The notes under the pieces were generated by a model. The model worked only from the letters and a program-made list of their open reading frames with translations, ran no database searches and was not told the DNA's origin. A stretch of DNA of 64,000 nucleotides from Phoronis australis. Lineage: Eukaryota > Animalia > Phoronida. Below are positions 1 through 14,900 of the stretch, piece after piece; the first letter of the stretch is position 1, and the number at the start of each line of letters is the position of its first letter. The stretch lies in assembly GCA_002633005.1 (NCBI GenBank), contig NMRA01000189.1, forward strand, positions 340,667 to 404,666. The letters are read 5' to 3'. The position numbers and the translations under genes were made by a program.

Positions 1-2938
1 GTTCGCCTATCGCCCTGCTGTACAGCGCGCCGTTCCCGTTCAGTGAAACTAGTTGAACCTGCTATTCATGTATGTGTGAAAATACCGTTGATCAACTTTT
101 GCTTTATACCATTTGCCGCCAAAATGGTTCCAACTTCTTATTCAGATCAGAATTGATTATCGGAGTTTGAAAGATAGTCAGTAAGTTATCACTGTTTACC
201 AAACTAATTTAACATGACAAACACAAACATCCAATAATACGTCTCCAAATAAGAAACAATTAACTCGACGTCAATTCTAATCATGGTCGACACAGACACA
301 CGTGGCGTTCACTCCCAAATTGACTGACACAACGACACCACTAACTCACCTCTGAATTAATGTGGTACACTTTTCGTCAGCATAGCCGGCTAAATTTTCA
401 CAATTATGTGAGAGTCAATTTAGTACAACCTGTCGGCTCGACAGCCTTTACTGTCACAAACAATGTAAGTTTTCATGTTAATGTCATAGCCACAGTAAGC
501 AACAGCGTCGTTTAACCGCTTTTTACCCTTCAAGTCATCAGCAAACCTACAATTGTCACAACAAATTTGTCAAACATCAATTCGACGCAAAATATCTTGT
601 GTTACCTAGCCGTGTGTAACTGTCGTCCAACAGAGTTTGCCCAACCAGTCAACACGTACTTAACGCGGTGAAAATTCGCTCCACAATAAGTGTTTGGAAA
701 TCTTCAGGGTGGCTTGCCACGTTCTGGCGATTGACCGTTCTGCACATATGCGTGTGCACAATTGTACCTGGCAAACGGGCAACAACAACCACCGCAACTC
801 GCCCACGCTCGAAGACGTCAGAAAAACATATTAATTAAATGCAAGTTCAATGACCTGTGGAATACTCATTATCAATATTTATTGGTACCAAACATCATAG
901 GCACACCACAGGAGAGAGCTAGCATAATATTAACATAGTAAAACAACATATAAATATATGACGCAACCCGTCAGCGCAAACACGTAACTACTCATTAAAA
1001 ATACATATTGGCACCTACAACCACAAAAAAAAAAACAACAAGGAACCATTTGGAGGGCTCATTATAGCACGGTGCAGCGCCACTTTTCATTTGTTCCACT
1101 TTCTACGAGAAACACTTTACTTTGGATAGGAAGTATTCCTAAATAAACTGCCATGATATCACCAGGGACCGAATGGAGTTCAAATGCTTCAGCCTGAAGA
1201 TTGTCAGTCTAATTTATTCTAATTTGAAGTTCATTTCTTCAGCTCAACTAATTAGCGCTGCTTAAGACTTTAACGCAAACCTGCCTATCAAGTGGACAAG
1301 AAATACCATGGGGTCACTTTCCACAGCAATATTCTTCTCACAATTTACTTAACAGTTTGTACTAAGCAATAAGTACTCTAATGTTTTGCAGTACTACTTC
1401 ATACATTGAATATTTTTCTAAAAATGCCTACATGCTTTTGCATATATAGCTAAATATTTCTGTAAACAAATGTTACATGCAAAGGCATCTTTATGGGGAT
1501 CCAAGTAACCTGGCTCCTATGTAAATGACCAAAAAATCCCAGTAGCCTGTTCCCCCCTACGGACATGACCAAACAGCCCAGAGTAGCCCGTGGCCCTCTA
1601 CATACATGACAAAAAAAACTCCATGGGCTTAACGATTTCCAGCTTACACGGACATTTTCAGTTAAAATTGTGGTTGGACCCCGCAACTGATGCATGACTA
1701 CACCAGCTATAAGGTATGAGAAACTTCAGATTTGACCACAAGTAAAAAAAGGCAAAACGTGACTAGGAAGACATGCAAAATTATACACAATCAAAGAAAC
1801 ACATTTCTCTCTCGGAGATGTTACGAAATATATCCACGCAACTTTTACAAAATTTACAAAAATGGAATACAAGTTCAGCACAGGGAAACATGCAAAAATA
1901 TAATTTATGGGTTCAGCATTTTGGCACACAGTCAAACTGGCACATCGGTGAGTCTTGTGAATAAATCTGAAATAACATGTATGTTCAAGTGATACTTACT
2001 GTATCCTTACACACGAGTGAGATCGTGGGTGATCCTGTGATGTCACCAAACTGTGACAGATGAGACCAAGGAGTGTTCCACTAACTGAATGTACCAAAAG
2101 GTCATGACTGTCTGTTTCATGTACTATGTGCAAATGAGTCCATTACACTGAATAACACAATCCTTGCGACACACTGGGAAACATGAAGACTTACAGAACA
2201 AGCTATTGAATAGAGACGAAAAGTGTGAGGTCACCCCACTGGGTGGGGAAGGGGGACGTCCTGGAGATTCTGCCATCTTGGTTCTAAGCCCTGTTACATC
2301 TCTATGGGAAATAACATTGGGCCAAACTATGTAACTGACAAATTGCCTGTTTAACTCGGTTTTAGGAAAAACGATTTTGGGGCACGAGATTTACATTTTA
2401 AAGTTATTTTTGCGGAAATTTGCCATTTCGAACAAATGCATTTGTGTAAGTGAATAGGACACCACAATATTTTGTTACTAATTTGGAGTAGTTGCTACAG
2501 AGATGATATTATTCGTTTCTGTCCCCATTCTACCTATTTCCAAGGTCAGGGTTGTGTTATGTAGACCCTCGAAGCTAGAAATGTTTGTTAATAGAAGGAA
2601 ACAGAGAATTATATCCCATAATTCCAGAGTTCTATCCCATAATTCAACACTTCAACCTCACCGAACAACCACTTCCATGGCCGCCATTTTGTTAGATTAT
2701 GCTAGCAAGATATGTTGCAAAACACTCGCCTTTTTTCGTGTGATTTTGCATGGTCTTGCCTGATCTCATTTTTCTCATGAGAAAATTGGTCTATAAAATG
2801 CATCCCAGGCCAGAACAGAAATCTTATAGACACAGCTCCATAATCTGTGCATGTCTAAGCACGGATTCTTTCGCATCCACTTTCACTATCAATATCTAAT
2901 AACGTGAGAACAGATCTACAGCGCTGTCAAACTGGTGG

Positions 2939-5900
2939 CTAAAGATAATCGTCTTCACGGATGACCCGACTGGCTGTTAGCTCACTCGGCGACAGACAGC
3001 TCTCAATCTCCCTCTGCTTCTGTAATAGCCCCTGAGAATGAACAGAAAATGCATATAAGGTTAATTGACCAAAACAGTGGCAATACGTACTATATACTCT
3101 GCATTGTAAGATAAAATGACTTACAGTAATTACATTAATTAATAAAAACAAAGTTCCCTAAAGGTCAGTACTTGTACAGATTCCAAAACGTTTCAAGCAT
3201 CTCTCATAAACATACAAATTATTCGGATGTGTTAATAAGAGATTGACTAGGCCAAAGAAAATCGCCAACTTGGCATGTGCCCAGCTGGTTTTGGAATGTG
3301 CACTTAATCGTTTCAAGAAAAAAGCCCCCGCCCGCACCACTATAAGTGAAATTCTTTGGGCAAAGGTACACAAACACTTTTTTAAAAAGAGTACACCTAA
3401 AATATTACTTCATGGTATCAATCCTCAAAAAAGTCCAATCTTTTGGAATTATCATAAAATGTAAGAGATACAAGACAACCTAGTCCAGTCACATCACATT
3501 TACTCACCCACATTGAAAAGTCTACTCTTAACGTCTATAAACTGTCTACACCAAATCACCTGCTTTGAAGTTTCATATTCAGTAGAATTACGTACTCATC
3601 TTTAGCCGAGAATATTTTAAAATGAAAAAATTACCCTTTTATAAAGGAGATTATCATGTTTTCAGCCAAAAATACCGTTTTGGGATTATTGTTAATAATC
3701 TGTTGTTTTTTTTGCGATTTCATTTCAAATCACCATTGTCTACCAAACACTCGCTGAAATCAAGACCGATGTCTTTACCATAAAAATACACCTTAAAATA
3801 TTCTGTTACTAAACTCTCACAATTTGAGTCAGCGGCGGAGTGTTTGGGTGCTACTGCAGAGTTGGTGGGTTTGCTTACTGCTAATTTTGGCAGTCACATT
3901 TCTTGCAGAAGAGCGACGAAGTCTCTTCGAACAAGAAAGTTGAAATGAATAATAATACATAAGTTAAACTAACTATAAAAAAAGTTGGTGAAAGTACCGG
4001 TAGCAGATGGGTACAACACGGAGACCCATTGATTGGCTACCCGCATTTTGTAGCATTCATCAGCGTATTTGGATGCCACACACTCATATCAACCCACCTT
4101 TCTCATCTCTGATAGCTGTTTCAGGATAATACCCTGCCTGTTTGTGGGATGGTCTGTAACTAGCCTGGGGTTCAAGATAGGGTCCTGCAATAAAAGGGGG
4201 AGACAGGCATCAGCAACACAATGTCAGGGCTCCCAGACGCCCTTTCCTCTCAAACAGCACAGAATAACTATTTTCTAGTACAGGGGCAACAGAATGAAAT
4301 AAGTTCAGTCACTAGATGGCAGCAGAGCATTTGCTGGATATCATTCAGCGCCACCTATAGTTCACCTGTGCCATGGATGGAAACAAAACGCAGTGGGACT
4401 TCAGTATTTTTTATAAACTTTCTGCAATCATCATGCTATCAAATTACCACTGGTATATCTAGGGACACTGATTCAATACATTGATTCAATTCAGACAATA
4501 ACGTCGAACGTGGCAAATGTCAAGCAAGCATTAATGAATGAAAATGCATTGTCCACTCAGCCTGTTGTGCAAGCGATAATTTGAAATTCGAAGTAAAGTA
4601 GACGGTCTTCAACAGAATTACATCAAACTTGGATAAACATCTTCCAGAATTACTTGGCAGTTTATTGTTACGATAAAATAGCGTTTTATCAAACTTTTGT
4701 CAGAGCTCAACATGACATTACTGCACCTAGCGACTGAGCGTTTATTTATAAATGAATATGCATGTCACTATCTTGTTAATGTGCACGGAGCAACACCAGA
4801 CGGAATTTTGTTGAAATTTAGCCAGAATCTAAATTGATTAGTCTGCCGAATAAACATGGATATTTACACATGGTTTTGTGCACCAATTTTTTTTTTCAAA
4901 TTTCAGTGCTGTCAAGTTTATTAAAAACTAAATTTGTAATTGTTGCTTTCATATTCCTACAGCACTTAATACGTGGTTCGACAGGTGTACGCTATTCTCA
5001 TGAGCTTGCGAAAAAATATTGTTTGTAACATTGAAAATACGGCATGCTTGACGAGATACAGCTTGGCTGTGGCAACAATCTTCTTCCGAGCAACAAGGAT
5101 ATTGGAATGGTTATCACATTTACAAAAAGTAAAAATGATGCTTAATCTAAAAAATAACTAAGTACATGTTACCCTATACCTTATGTACCATGGCAAATAC
5201 ATATTTGAAAACTTGTACATACAAAACGAGTCAGAATTACACGAGCAAATTTTGAATTCGAAGAATAAGACTTAAAAAGATAAAAAGAAGTCATCAACGA
5301 TCTTTACCTTGGACTCAGGTGGTATCATGTGACCATAATGTTCATCCTTGTAATTCTCTAGCTGTTTGCCGTAACTAGCCGGCTCATGCGTCTGGTAATA
5401 AGCCACACGGGCACGCTGTTGTGCTGAGCTCTCACGGGACACTGGCACTGGGGACTCGGCATGGCTGGGGTCAAGGACAGCTTCACTTCTAAGGAAAGGA
5501 ACAAACTCCGTTCCATCCATATTAGACGGCGACGGCGAACGTTCAATTCTGGGTGACAACTTCTTCTGATGACCGTCCCGTGCATGCGCATCATAATCGT
5601 ACTGCGACATTGAGTAGTCGTTGTTAAATGACTTTCCCTGACCAGCTTTATTCTTAACCGCTGGGACAGGAGGTGATGAGGGTGGGACATGAGACTGTGT
5701 ACCTCCCTGTACGCGGCTGTGCAGGGCTGGCACAGGTGGTGACCGCGTCTCAGACCGTACGGGACTGGGCGACTTTTGCACTGACCTCGTAGTAGTCCGT
5801 CTATCCGACTTATCACCACGACGCGTCCTTTGGGTAGCACCACCATCTTGTCCAACATCCACTGTATTTTTATTTTGATATCCATTCAGCACGTCACCAC

Positions 5901-8900
5901 GTTCACCCTTCTCCTTTCTCAAAGTTGGAATCGGAGGAGAGTCTGCCCTCGGAGTGATTTTGTTACCTTCTGTGGCTAATGTCACTTGTGCCTTCCCCTT
6001 GTTGGGGTTACGGAAGGCAGCAAGTTTGGCCTCATTCGCTTCCTGAATAGCCTTCATCTTGGCTGCCCTCTCCAGCCTGTTCTGCTCACGCTGCTGTTTG
6101 CGCCTCTCAAAGTTCGGATCTCTCTCTGACATTTTCTTGACTGGCTTTGCAGCCTTGACCCCCCAAGATGGCCGCTCCTTGATGCTCGTTGGCTTCCCAC
6201 GTTGTTTCCCAGAATTAGCTTTCTCCGCACTGGTTGCTCTTCGTGTATTTTTGCCCTGCTGCTTGGCTTTAGTCTTAGATTTGGGCTTGTACTCAATTTC
6301 TACCCCAGAGTCGTCATTTGCAAATTTGAATATACTGACTTCCCCACTTTCTGCAATGTAACATAATGAATTGATGAATAAATGTCGCTGCAGTAAAGAT
6401 GACACTTTCATTCACATAAAGTATGTTTGAGGGCAATACAAAGCTGCATCCCATAGACCGAAACAACTTGTGAAGTACTGACAACATGACATCTTCACTT
6501 TGAATGGAATCAATGAATTCTGTCCCATAATTTAAAACATTCCAATCTCACCGACCAATCACTGCGATTGTCGCCATTTTGTTTGGGTACGGACTCACGC
6601 ATACTCGGGAAATGCTTACCATTCCGTTGTATGATTTTGTGCAGACTCACGCGATCTTGCATTTTCACAATCAAGCTTTGACTTATGGATGTGATATGAA
6701 CAATTAAGTTTGGTGTTGCTGTCAATAACGGAACATGCCGTGGCATTATTTTTGATCTTTCTGAAAGCTTCTGAATCATTTCATTTATTATTTGTCCTAG
6801 TTGATACGATACTTCAAATTTAAAAAGTTATGATTGCGATAACTTTGATGACTCATGCACCACTTTACGATAACTTCAGCAAGAACATACAACACAAGTC
6901 AGTCTGACACTCAACATCAATCCAACTCTTGTACCATAATTAAGCTGTTATGCAGCATGTCAACAACCTGACTAACATACTAATGGTGTATTTTCAAAAT
7001 CTTAGCAAGATAGGCATGATAAGACTAGTTTCCTATTATATGGGTGTCATGACTGTAATGTTCTATTACTTAGAAATCTTAGTGATTTCATTTTTAAATG
7101 TCATAATAGGGAACTGCATTTAAGTTTATCTTAATGGTAACACATGTAAATTTGGTTACTACAGCATGTTAAGAGCATCGCTCCGAGCCCATTAGTGCCA
7201 TAAAATGCCAAATGTAATGAACTGTTAGGCGTATTAGCTTGCTTTTGTCTACGTCACCATGAGAATCACCTTTTAATTCAAACAGCTGCGAATGACACTC
7301 GCACGCAATGGTGTTCTATTCAGATCCCTACTCAATACAACCTTTCGTTGTTTGTGCCGAGATCTCGCGATGACGCGACATGACACGAAAAGGCAGCTTC
7401 ACTTATCATTTGACGGGCTTACACTTGCGTGCTTGAACTCACGTTTTCTTATTTTACGAAGGCTTTTTTAGGACTATCTGGTTAGCCTAATACACCTAAA
7501 ATAACAAAATTCCGTTGAAGTTATGCTTTAATACCTATGCTGAGATTTTTGTTTCGTTTTATATTTTTGTATAATTATTATTCACTTGTTAAAATGTTCT
7601 CCTCTATTAGCATATGATTTTGTTCTTGTCTTTTGTCTTTACTTTTGGTATATTTGCTCAATATGTTTTGCTTAATATGTTAAGTCATTGTTTTATAGTT
7701 ACAAGCCTGGATATAATGGTTCGCTTTCTAGGCTAAACATTTGCATTTAATGTATTGTTATTTATTTGACATGTGTAGCAATAAAAATGGTGTACTGCCC
7801 AAGATCTTTGATGGCACACTGACAGTCGTATACGTTTTACAATACCTTTTGCAAACTCGACCACCATAAATGATTAATTCAGGGTGTTTTGATGCGCTAT
7901 ATCAGGGCTTGGAATGACCAATGACGAAAAACGCGGAAACTTTTACGGCCCAAATCATGCCCGATAACCAGCCTTTGAAATGGTCAATGTGAACCTTTCC
8001 GGGAGGACTAAAAAAAAAAGAAAAGAAAAAAAGAAACGTTACCACCATCAGTAGCATGCGTCTGCGTCCTTTTCGCTCGCCCGTCCACTCCCAACCCGCA
8101 CAATTTTGGCTGCAGAGCGGTAGTATTTGTCGCCGCGCTTAACAATAACACGAGCCGCCATTGAAAATCACACCACGCTAAAATTTACCCAGATGCCCCG
8201 GCAATGTTGACAATTTCCTCCGAAACATAAAGAGCAACTTCCGCTTTCCGAGGTGAACGTCGTCTGCAATGCCGCGGTAAGAAAGGAATTTGCCGCGGAA
8301 ATTTCATATCAAATCCGATTTTTTTACGCGGAAATATTATAAAAAAAGCGGAAAGCACATTTCAAAAGAGCGGAAATCCGCGTTTCAGCGGAAAATTCCA
8401 AGCCCTGGCTATATGCGGGGCATCAGAACATGTGTTTGGTACACTGAATGATGCATTTCAGTTTGCCTTCAGTCATAACGATGTGGAATGATTTCTCATT
8501 TTGTCCGTTTTATATTGGCTTGTGCTGCATGTGACGTGACCTTTGATTTCTTGTAATTAATGAAATTCAAATGAAAACATCCTATACTGCGATTGTATCA
8601 CAGTAGACAGATGAAAATCTATCGATGGTAATTCAAAATACAAGCCCGTGTCATATATTTAAGCAATACAAATTCCCTTTCCGGTTTTAAGAGAAGCAAT
8701 GTAATATACAAAATTAGTGCTAACAGTATTTCTCAACAAGAGGGGCAAGTGTTACCTGTCTGTGTCCCAAACTCTCTCATGGGCGAAGACGGGTCGGCCA
8801 TCTTGTTTCCATGTCTGTGTTGAGTGGGGGTAAGTACACGGTTCTCCGTGTACGGTTCGCGCTGCTGTGCAACATCGCGACTACGACGTGGAGACAGATC

Positions 8901-11900
8901 CAGGCCGGGGACGCTCGTTGGTGCCACTACCACAGACTGTGACACCACTGGGCGGGGAGACAGATTCAAGCCTGGCACGTGTGTGGGTTGGACGTGGACA
9001 GACTGTGGCTGAGCATTGATAGCTGGTGCACGGGGAGACAACTCCTCTGGAAGGTACACAAACCTACACTTGTCACTTGATTGTCAAAGACAAACAGTTA
9101 TCAAATGCACCTCAGCACTCTAATTATAACAATCCAACCACTAGAGCCCAATACCGAAGTCACATTTTGTTTGTTAACAGAACCAAAGCAATAAATAAAT
9201 CGAACAAAATCGAGATTTCTCACAATGTAACAGCTGACGCTTGCAGAAACAGTCAACAGGTGGTGTTCAAGTCTCAGTGCGTAGGTGGCATTTTTGATCA
9301 ATACATTCAAGTAACTTAGATGACAATCAAGTTTCTATTTTTAATAAACCTGAAATACGCCAAGAGGACGACAAACTTGTAAATAGCCAAGTAAAATAGT
9401 CACAATTACCAATCCCAATGGTGAGTCAACTGCATCACTCAGGTATTTGGTGAAAATAAAATAATGGAGTCATAATCAGTTCTTTTAGAAAAAGTGTTAT
9501 ATTTTAAATTAAAGTAAAAATATATAAATAATAAATACATATTTCATCGAGAAAGATTACTGCCAAATTATAGTGAAATAATAAATACGTCTCAAACCGA
9601 CATGGAAAATAGATGACCTCAGAACCTTCTGCTAATCGTAAAGGCACTCTAGTCCACTGCACCATCAGGACCACTGGTCAAACACAGAAATCCAATCAGA
9701 CTTAGCAATGGGCGTGGTTAGCAGAAGGTTCTGGGTTCGAGGCCCGGTCGGGGCAGAAATCTTTTCAGACTGATGTTCATTAGGTCACGAGATGTGGTCA
9801 ACCGATGGCGTGCAGACACGACTTAAAAATGTTTGTGATCAAGTACAGAATGCAAAACTCATAGAATTACAGCACTGCAAGTTTACATGCAAAATCTTAT
9901 CCTACCAACTCCTGGATATTCCTCGTCATCTGAGGCAAAAACAGCAGCTGTATCTTAATCATGGCAAAAAATACATCGTCCAAACATGGTGACACAAAGA
10001 GACTCAAAAATGCCTGGCATTTCTGGGCACAGCCATATTACTTCAGACGCCAGTACTAATCAACTGGCTTAGAGGAGGTAACTACTCTGGATAGTTGCGA
10101 AGAATTTTAGGTACAGTTGTAAATAAATCATCCACATCGTTCCCATACAATAGGCCTCTTAAAATGAACATGCAAATTCAGGGAAAGTAGTTCTTTGTGA
10201 ACCCCGATAATTGTTTTATTACCCCATATGGGTTTTGCATAACTCGGACCAGAATGCCGAAAAAGTTTCTTTCAGCAGACACAAATCCCGTCCCTATGCT
10301 CAAATGCCTGGCTCACCTTCCATGCTGGCCCTTAGATGGCTGACATCATGTCCCGCCCGCTGCAGGTTCTGCAGCCTCTTCTCCTTCTTGTCCCGTATCG
10401 CCTCCTCCTTCGCCCGATCCATGGCTTCCTTCAGAGCCAGGATTCGCTGTTCTTCCCGTTGCTGATAACAAAGCGGCAATAAGTCAACTAAAATGCATGA
10501 TAACTCATTAAAGAGTCACAATATGTATTATCAAATGAATGCCTCGCATATAATGAGTAACTAAGTAAGACTACTTGGTGGCTTTCATTTCTGTACAGAT
10601 CATGTAACTCCACCATGTGGTTCCCAGTTTCCGCCAGTTTCAGATCAAACCATACCATCATCAAATCTTGTTGTTTCCAAAGTTATATATGCACAGTCCA
10701 AGTAATTCTAATCCCTATCCACCTCTGCACAGTCCAAGTAATTTTATTCCTCACCCACCTCTTTCTTCTTTGCCTTCTCCTGTTCCAGCTCAAACTGCAG
10801 CTTCATCACATCCCTCTCCTTCTGAAGGCGTCTCTCTTCCTCTGCTTCTTCACGTGCCTTCCTCTCACGTTCTTCCCTCTTCAGACGCTGCCGCTCCTCC
10901 ACCTGTTCCTGAATCGCTTTCTGGTGCTCCAGGTGGCGCCGTCGTCTCTCCTCAAGCTCCCGCTGAGTCGACGCATCCAGGTTGGTGATTCGTCCCCGAG
11001 CATGACCACTGTGGACGATAAAGAAAAGTAAAGCAATGAATGTAGTCGCCGTATGCTTAGTAGCTTTCAAAATAAATTGCACGATATCAAAATTTGACAA
11101 AGGTTCAATACATAAATCTGCAATTAAATATTTTTTTTTTCGATTTACCTGTTTCAATACAGGCTTGATCTTACTATCCGTTATCTGCTTTACAAAAGTT
11201 TAGTACTGAAAGCATGTATTTCTACACGGTCTCTCCACAAAATTGCGCACAAATCATGTGTACTTTTCCATGATTTAATTACGAGCTTCTATAGAGTTCC
11301 AAAGATGACCATGACCAAGTGACGTATTGAGCCATATTGTACAGCAATATTGATGTATTGAGCCACATTGTGGAGCAACATTATCATGCCATTCTGTATT
11401 GCACAACCAATCAGATCAGACAAGTACATACAGGTAGTTTAATTTAAAAATAAGCAGAATAACATCAAAATTTAACAAAATTTCAATGCACTACACTTAG
11501 ACAAAACATCCAAATATTTTTCTTAAGAATTTCAATTCTGGCTAAATCTTGACAAAATCTCAGCAAATATTGCTCCATTCAGGTTGCTGAAATCATGAAA
11601 ACTTACAGCACAAATACATTACATTAAATGAAATAAAAAAATTAGTGGCTCAGGGCAATAATGTCACGTCACACTCCGACAATAGTTAAAAACACTATTT
11701 TACTATATGACAAAAAAGTTTTAATAAAACAAACAGATAAATCTGGCAATAAGATTATGTCGAAGTGTTTCTATAACCATGATCTCACTGCTTACAAGAG
11801 CAACACGGAGCATTGAAATGCGCCCATGAATGCACCGCAAACGGTATGCTTCTAGAAGTGTTTATTGGTATCATAAAAGTGGCCACTAGAGGGCGCAAAA

Positions 11901-14900
11901 TGTGTCGAATCCATCCGAAAACTGGTATATATCATCAAAGCTATTTACCAAATTTCATAAAAATCCGTCAAGGAACTTCTGAGAAATCGAGGAAAATGGA
12001 AAAAATGAAATTACCACTTGGAGGCTATGGTCGCAAAACAAAACATAACTGCCACTAGGAGGCGCCACAGTAGATGAAGCCATCGGAAAATCGTCATCAA
12101 CCATCCTCTTCACATTAAGAACATATATGCCAATTTTCACGATCATCCTTAGAGTAGTTTGGTTGACAGAGGGGCGTACGCCAAAAACAGACTAGAAAAC
12201 AGTAAGAATGGCCACTAGATGGTGCAAAATATGATGTATCCATCCGAAACAGGAACATGTCATCATTTCAATAGAAAGCTATTTCTCAAATTTTATAAAA
12301 ATCCATCAAGCAGCTTCAGAGAAACAACGAAAAAATCTGAAATTGCCACTAGGGGCACAGTGTTCGTCAGATCCCTCTGAATGTTGTCGTTGTTAGGTGT
12401 CAACTTCAAATAAATACACTTGCTAAATTTAATAAAGATCCTGCAGAGGGTTTAGGAGACACAGCCATGGGCGTAAAAAACACTGCCACTAGGAGGTGCC
12501 AGAGTAATCGAGGTCGTCGGAAAATCATTGTCAGCTGTCCTCTTCACATTAGGAACATACATGCCAATTTCCACGATCATCCTTAGAGTGGTTTGGTTTA
12601 CAGAGGGGTGGATGCCAAAAAAACAGACAAAAACAGTAAAAATGGCCACTAGGTAGTGCAAAATACCTCAAATCAAATCGAAAACTGAAGGATAGCGTCA
12701 CCTCCCTAATAGATACCTATCTGCCAAATTTTATGAAAATCCGTTGAGGACCTTTGAAGATAGAAAGGTAAACATAAAAAACTAAAATTACCACTAGAGG
12801 CACATTGGTAGTCCGCTCCTTCCAAAAGTCATCATCGTCCCTTCTCAACTTCATATAAATACACTAACAAAATTTAATGAAGATCCTGTAGACCATTTAG
12901 GAGATACAGGCATGGGCGCAAAAACAAACAAAACTGCCACTTGGAGGCGACGCAGAAGTCGAAGTCATCGAAAAATCATCGTCAGCCGCCCTTTGGTTGA
13001 AAGAAGGGTGGACGCCAAACAACAGTAAAATAGCCACTAGGGGATGCTAAGTACCTCAAATCCATCCGAAAATGAGAGGATATCGTCGCCTCCCTAATAG
13101 ATGCCTGACTGAAAAATTTTATGAAAATCCGGTGAGGATCTTCGAAGATACAGAGGTAAGCGTACAAAAAAATAGCCACTAGGAGGCACACCAGTAGTCG
13201 GACAGGTCCGAAATTAGTCGTCACTTTTCGTCAGCTTCATAGGAACACATCTGTCAAATCTCATCAACATCCTGTGAGGGGTTTAGGAGATACAGCTATG
13301 GATGTCGGACGCCCAGACAGAGATGACGGCAATATGCACCCACGCATAAAAATATGTGGGTGCATAAAAATGAATTCACACATATACATGTACCCACAAA
13401 ACCAATGAGAATTCCAGTCATTTCCTTACTGATCAGTTGTATCCAAAGGTCCTTGAGGTGCACTATTGGCTCTTTCATCCAAAAGTGAAGCTCCGCCCCT
13501 AGGAACTGTTGCCAGGTCATCTTTGATGACTGACTGTTGCTCAGGGAGACCAACAGGTTTGTAGCCACCCATTTTGTCAGCCCACGTTTGAGGTTCACTT
13601 GTTATATGGGACTTCTCTTGAACCTTAAGTAGGCGTTTTTCCTCCCGCTGTTTTTCTAAATTACAAATGGAACAAAATAACCAGAATTTAACACAGTCAT
13701 GCATTATGAAGTTAAACTTTTTTGACTATGATGAAATAATTAATGAACCTTAATCTACTTTGGAACCTTCCACAACATCAGGAAAAACTCAACATTGGAA
13801 GTTGAAAGATGTCCTAGAAGTCAATGTTGAATAATTTGACTTAGACATCACACAGTAAGGGTAAGACAAGTGATGTAATTATAGTAAACGAACCATGATG
13901 TAGGACAGACTGATTTCAATATGCATACACCTTGGGACAATTTCAATTAGATTCACAGTTAGAAGTCTAGCAAAGTTGTAACTTCTTTGTATCTACTGAA
14001 GAGAATAATTGAAAATTTGAAAAGATAATCATCTGAGAATCGCTCGTTGAAATCATATTACATTTAACAATTTTGTTCCTAAAAGTCAAATGGTAAGTTA
14101 ATATACTACTTATATTCGAGAAAAATCAGAAAAGACTTGACTAACAAGAAACGAAAATCTCTAACACCTCCTAGAAAGGATTAACTCAAATTACTAAAAA
14201 TGAGTACTGTCCCAATCCAATTATTTACCAAGGTCCTCCAGCCATTTTCTTTTCTCCAGTTCTTTGTTAGACGTTCCATCTACTACTTCCCCCTGGATGT
14301 AAAGAACAGTGTGAACATATCAGAGCATTAACAACAATCAATTATTCATTCAAATCTCACACAGTATAATAACATTTACTTACAACTGATCGAGAATAAT
14401 TGTATTATGAAATGATACAGGTGAGTATAGTCTGTTTCTGGCACATTTTACTTGAATAAAAAAATCAAAATTTTTAATAATTAACAAAATCTAACTGATT
14501 CTGGTTTCTTGTTTTTTCTTAAACCAAGTGTTCAGTGGTGCAGTATCTTTTGTTTGCTGCTGACTTCCAGTAAATGAAATCCATTGGAGACGAGCAAAAG
14601 TGATGTGGGGTTTTATTTCCTCACCGCTTGGCATATTGTAGCATTTCATAACATGCTTACCTTGTTTCATGTACAGCTTCTCAACAACAAAACACAAAAC
14701 CTTGGCAGAAATTGATAATGGCAGACTGTTTTTAGTCAGTGAGTGCAGGTTTCAAAACGAGTTGGGGAAAAAAACAGAAGCGTTTTGATTTTCTATTTTT
14801 GGCTCAACGGTCTGCAGTACAACTGTTGTATGTCATGCATTCAGCCTCTCTCATAAACACATAAAAGTATTCCATCTGATGGGAGCAATTTCACTGCACT

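Noticed and set aside
5358-5885. Alternate-frame and antisense ORFs (also 10615-11031, 17629-17961, 37425-37943)
   Set aside because: Shadows of real exons or of repeats, with no independent coding signal.
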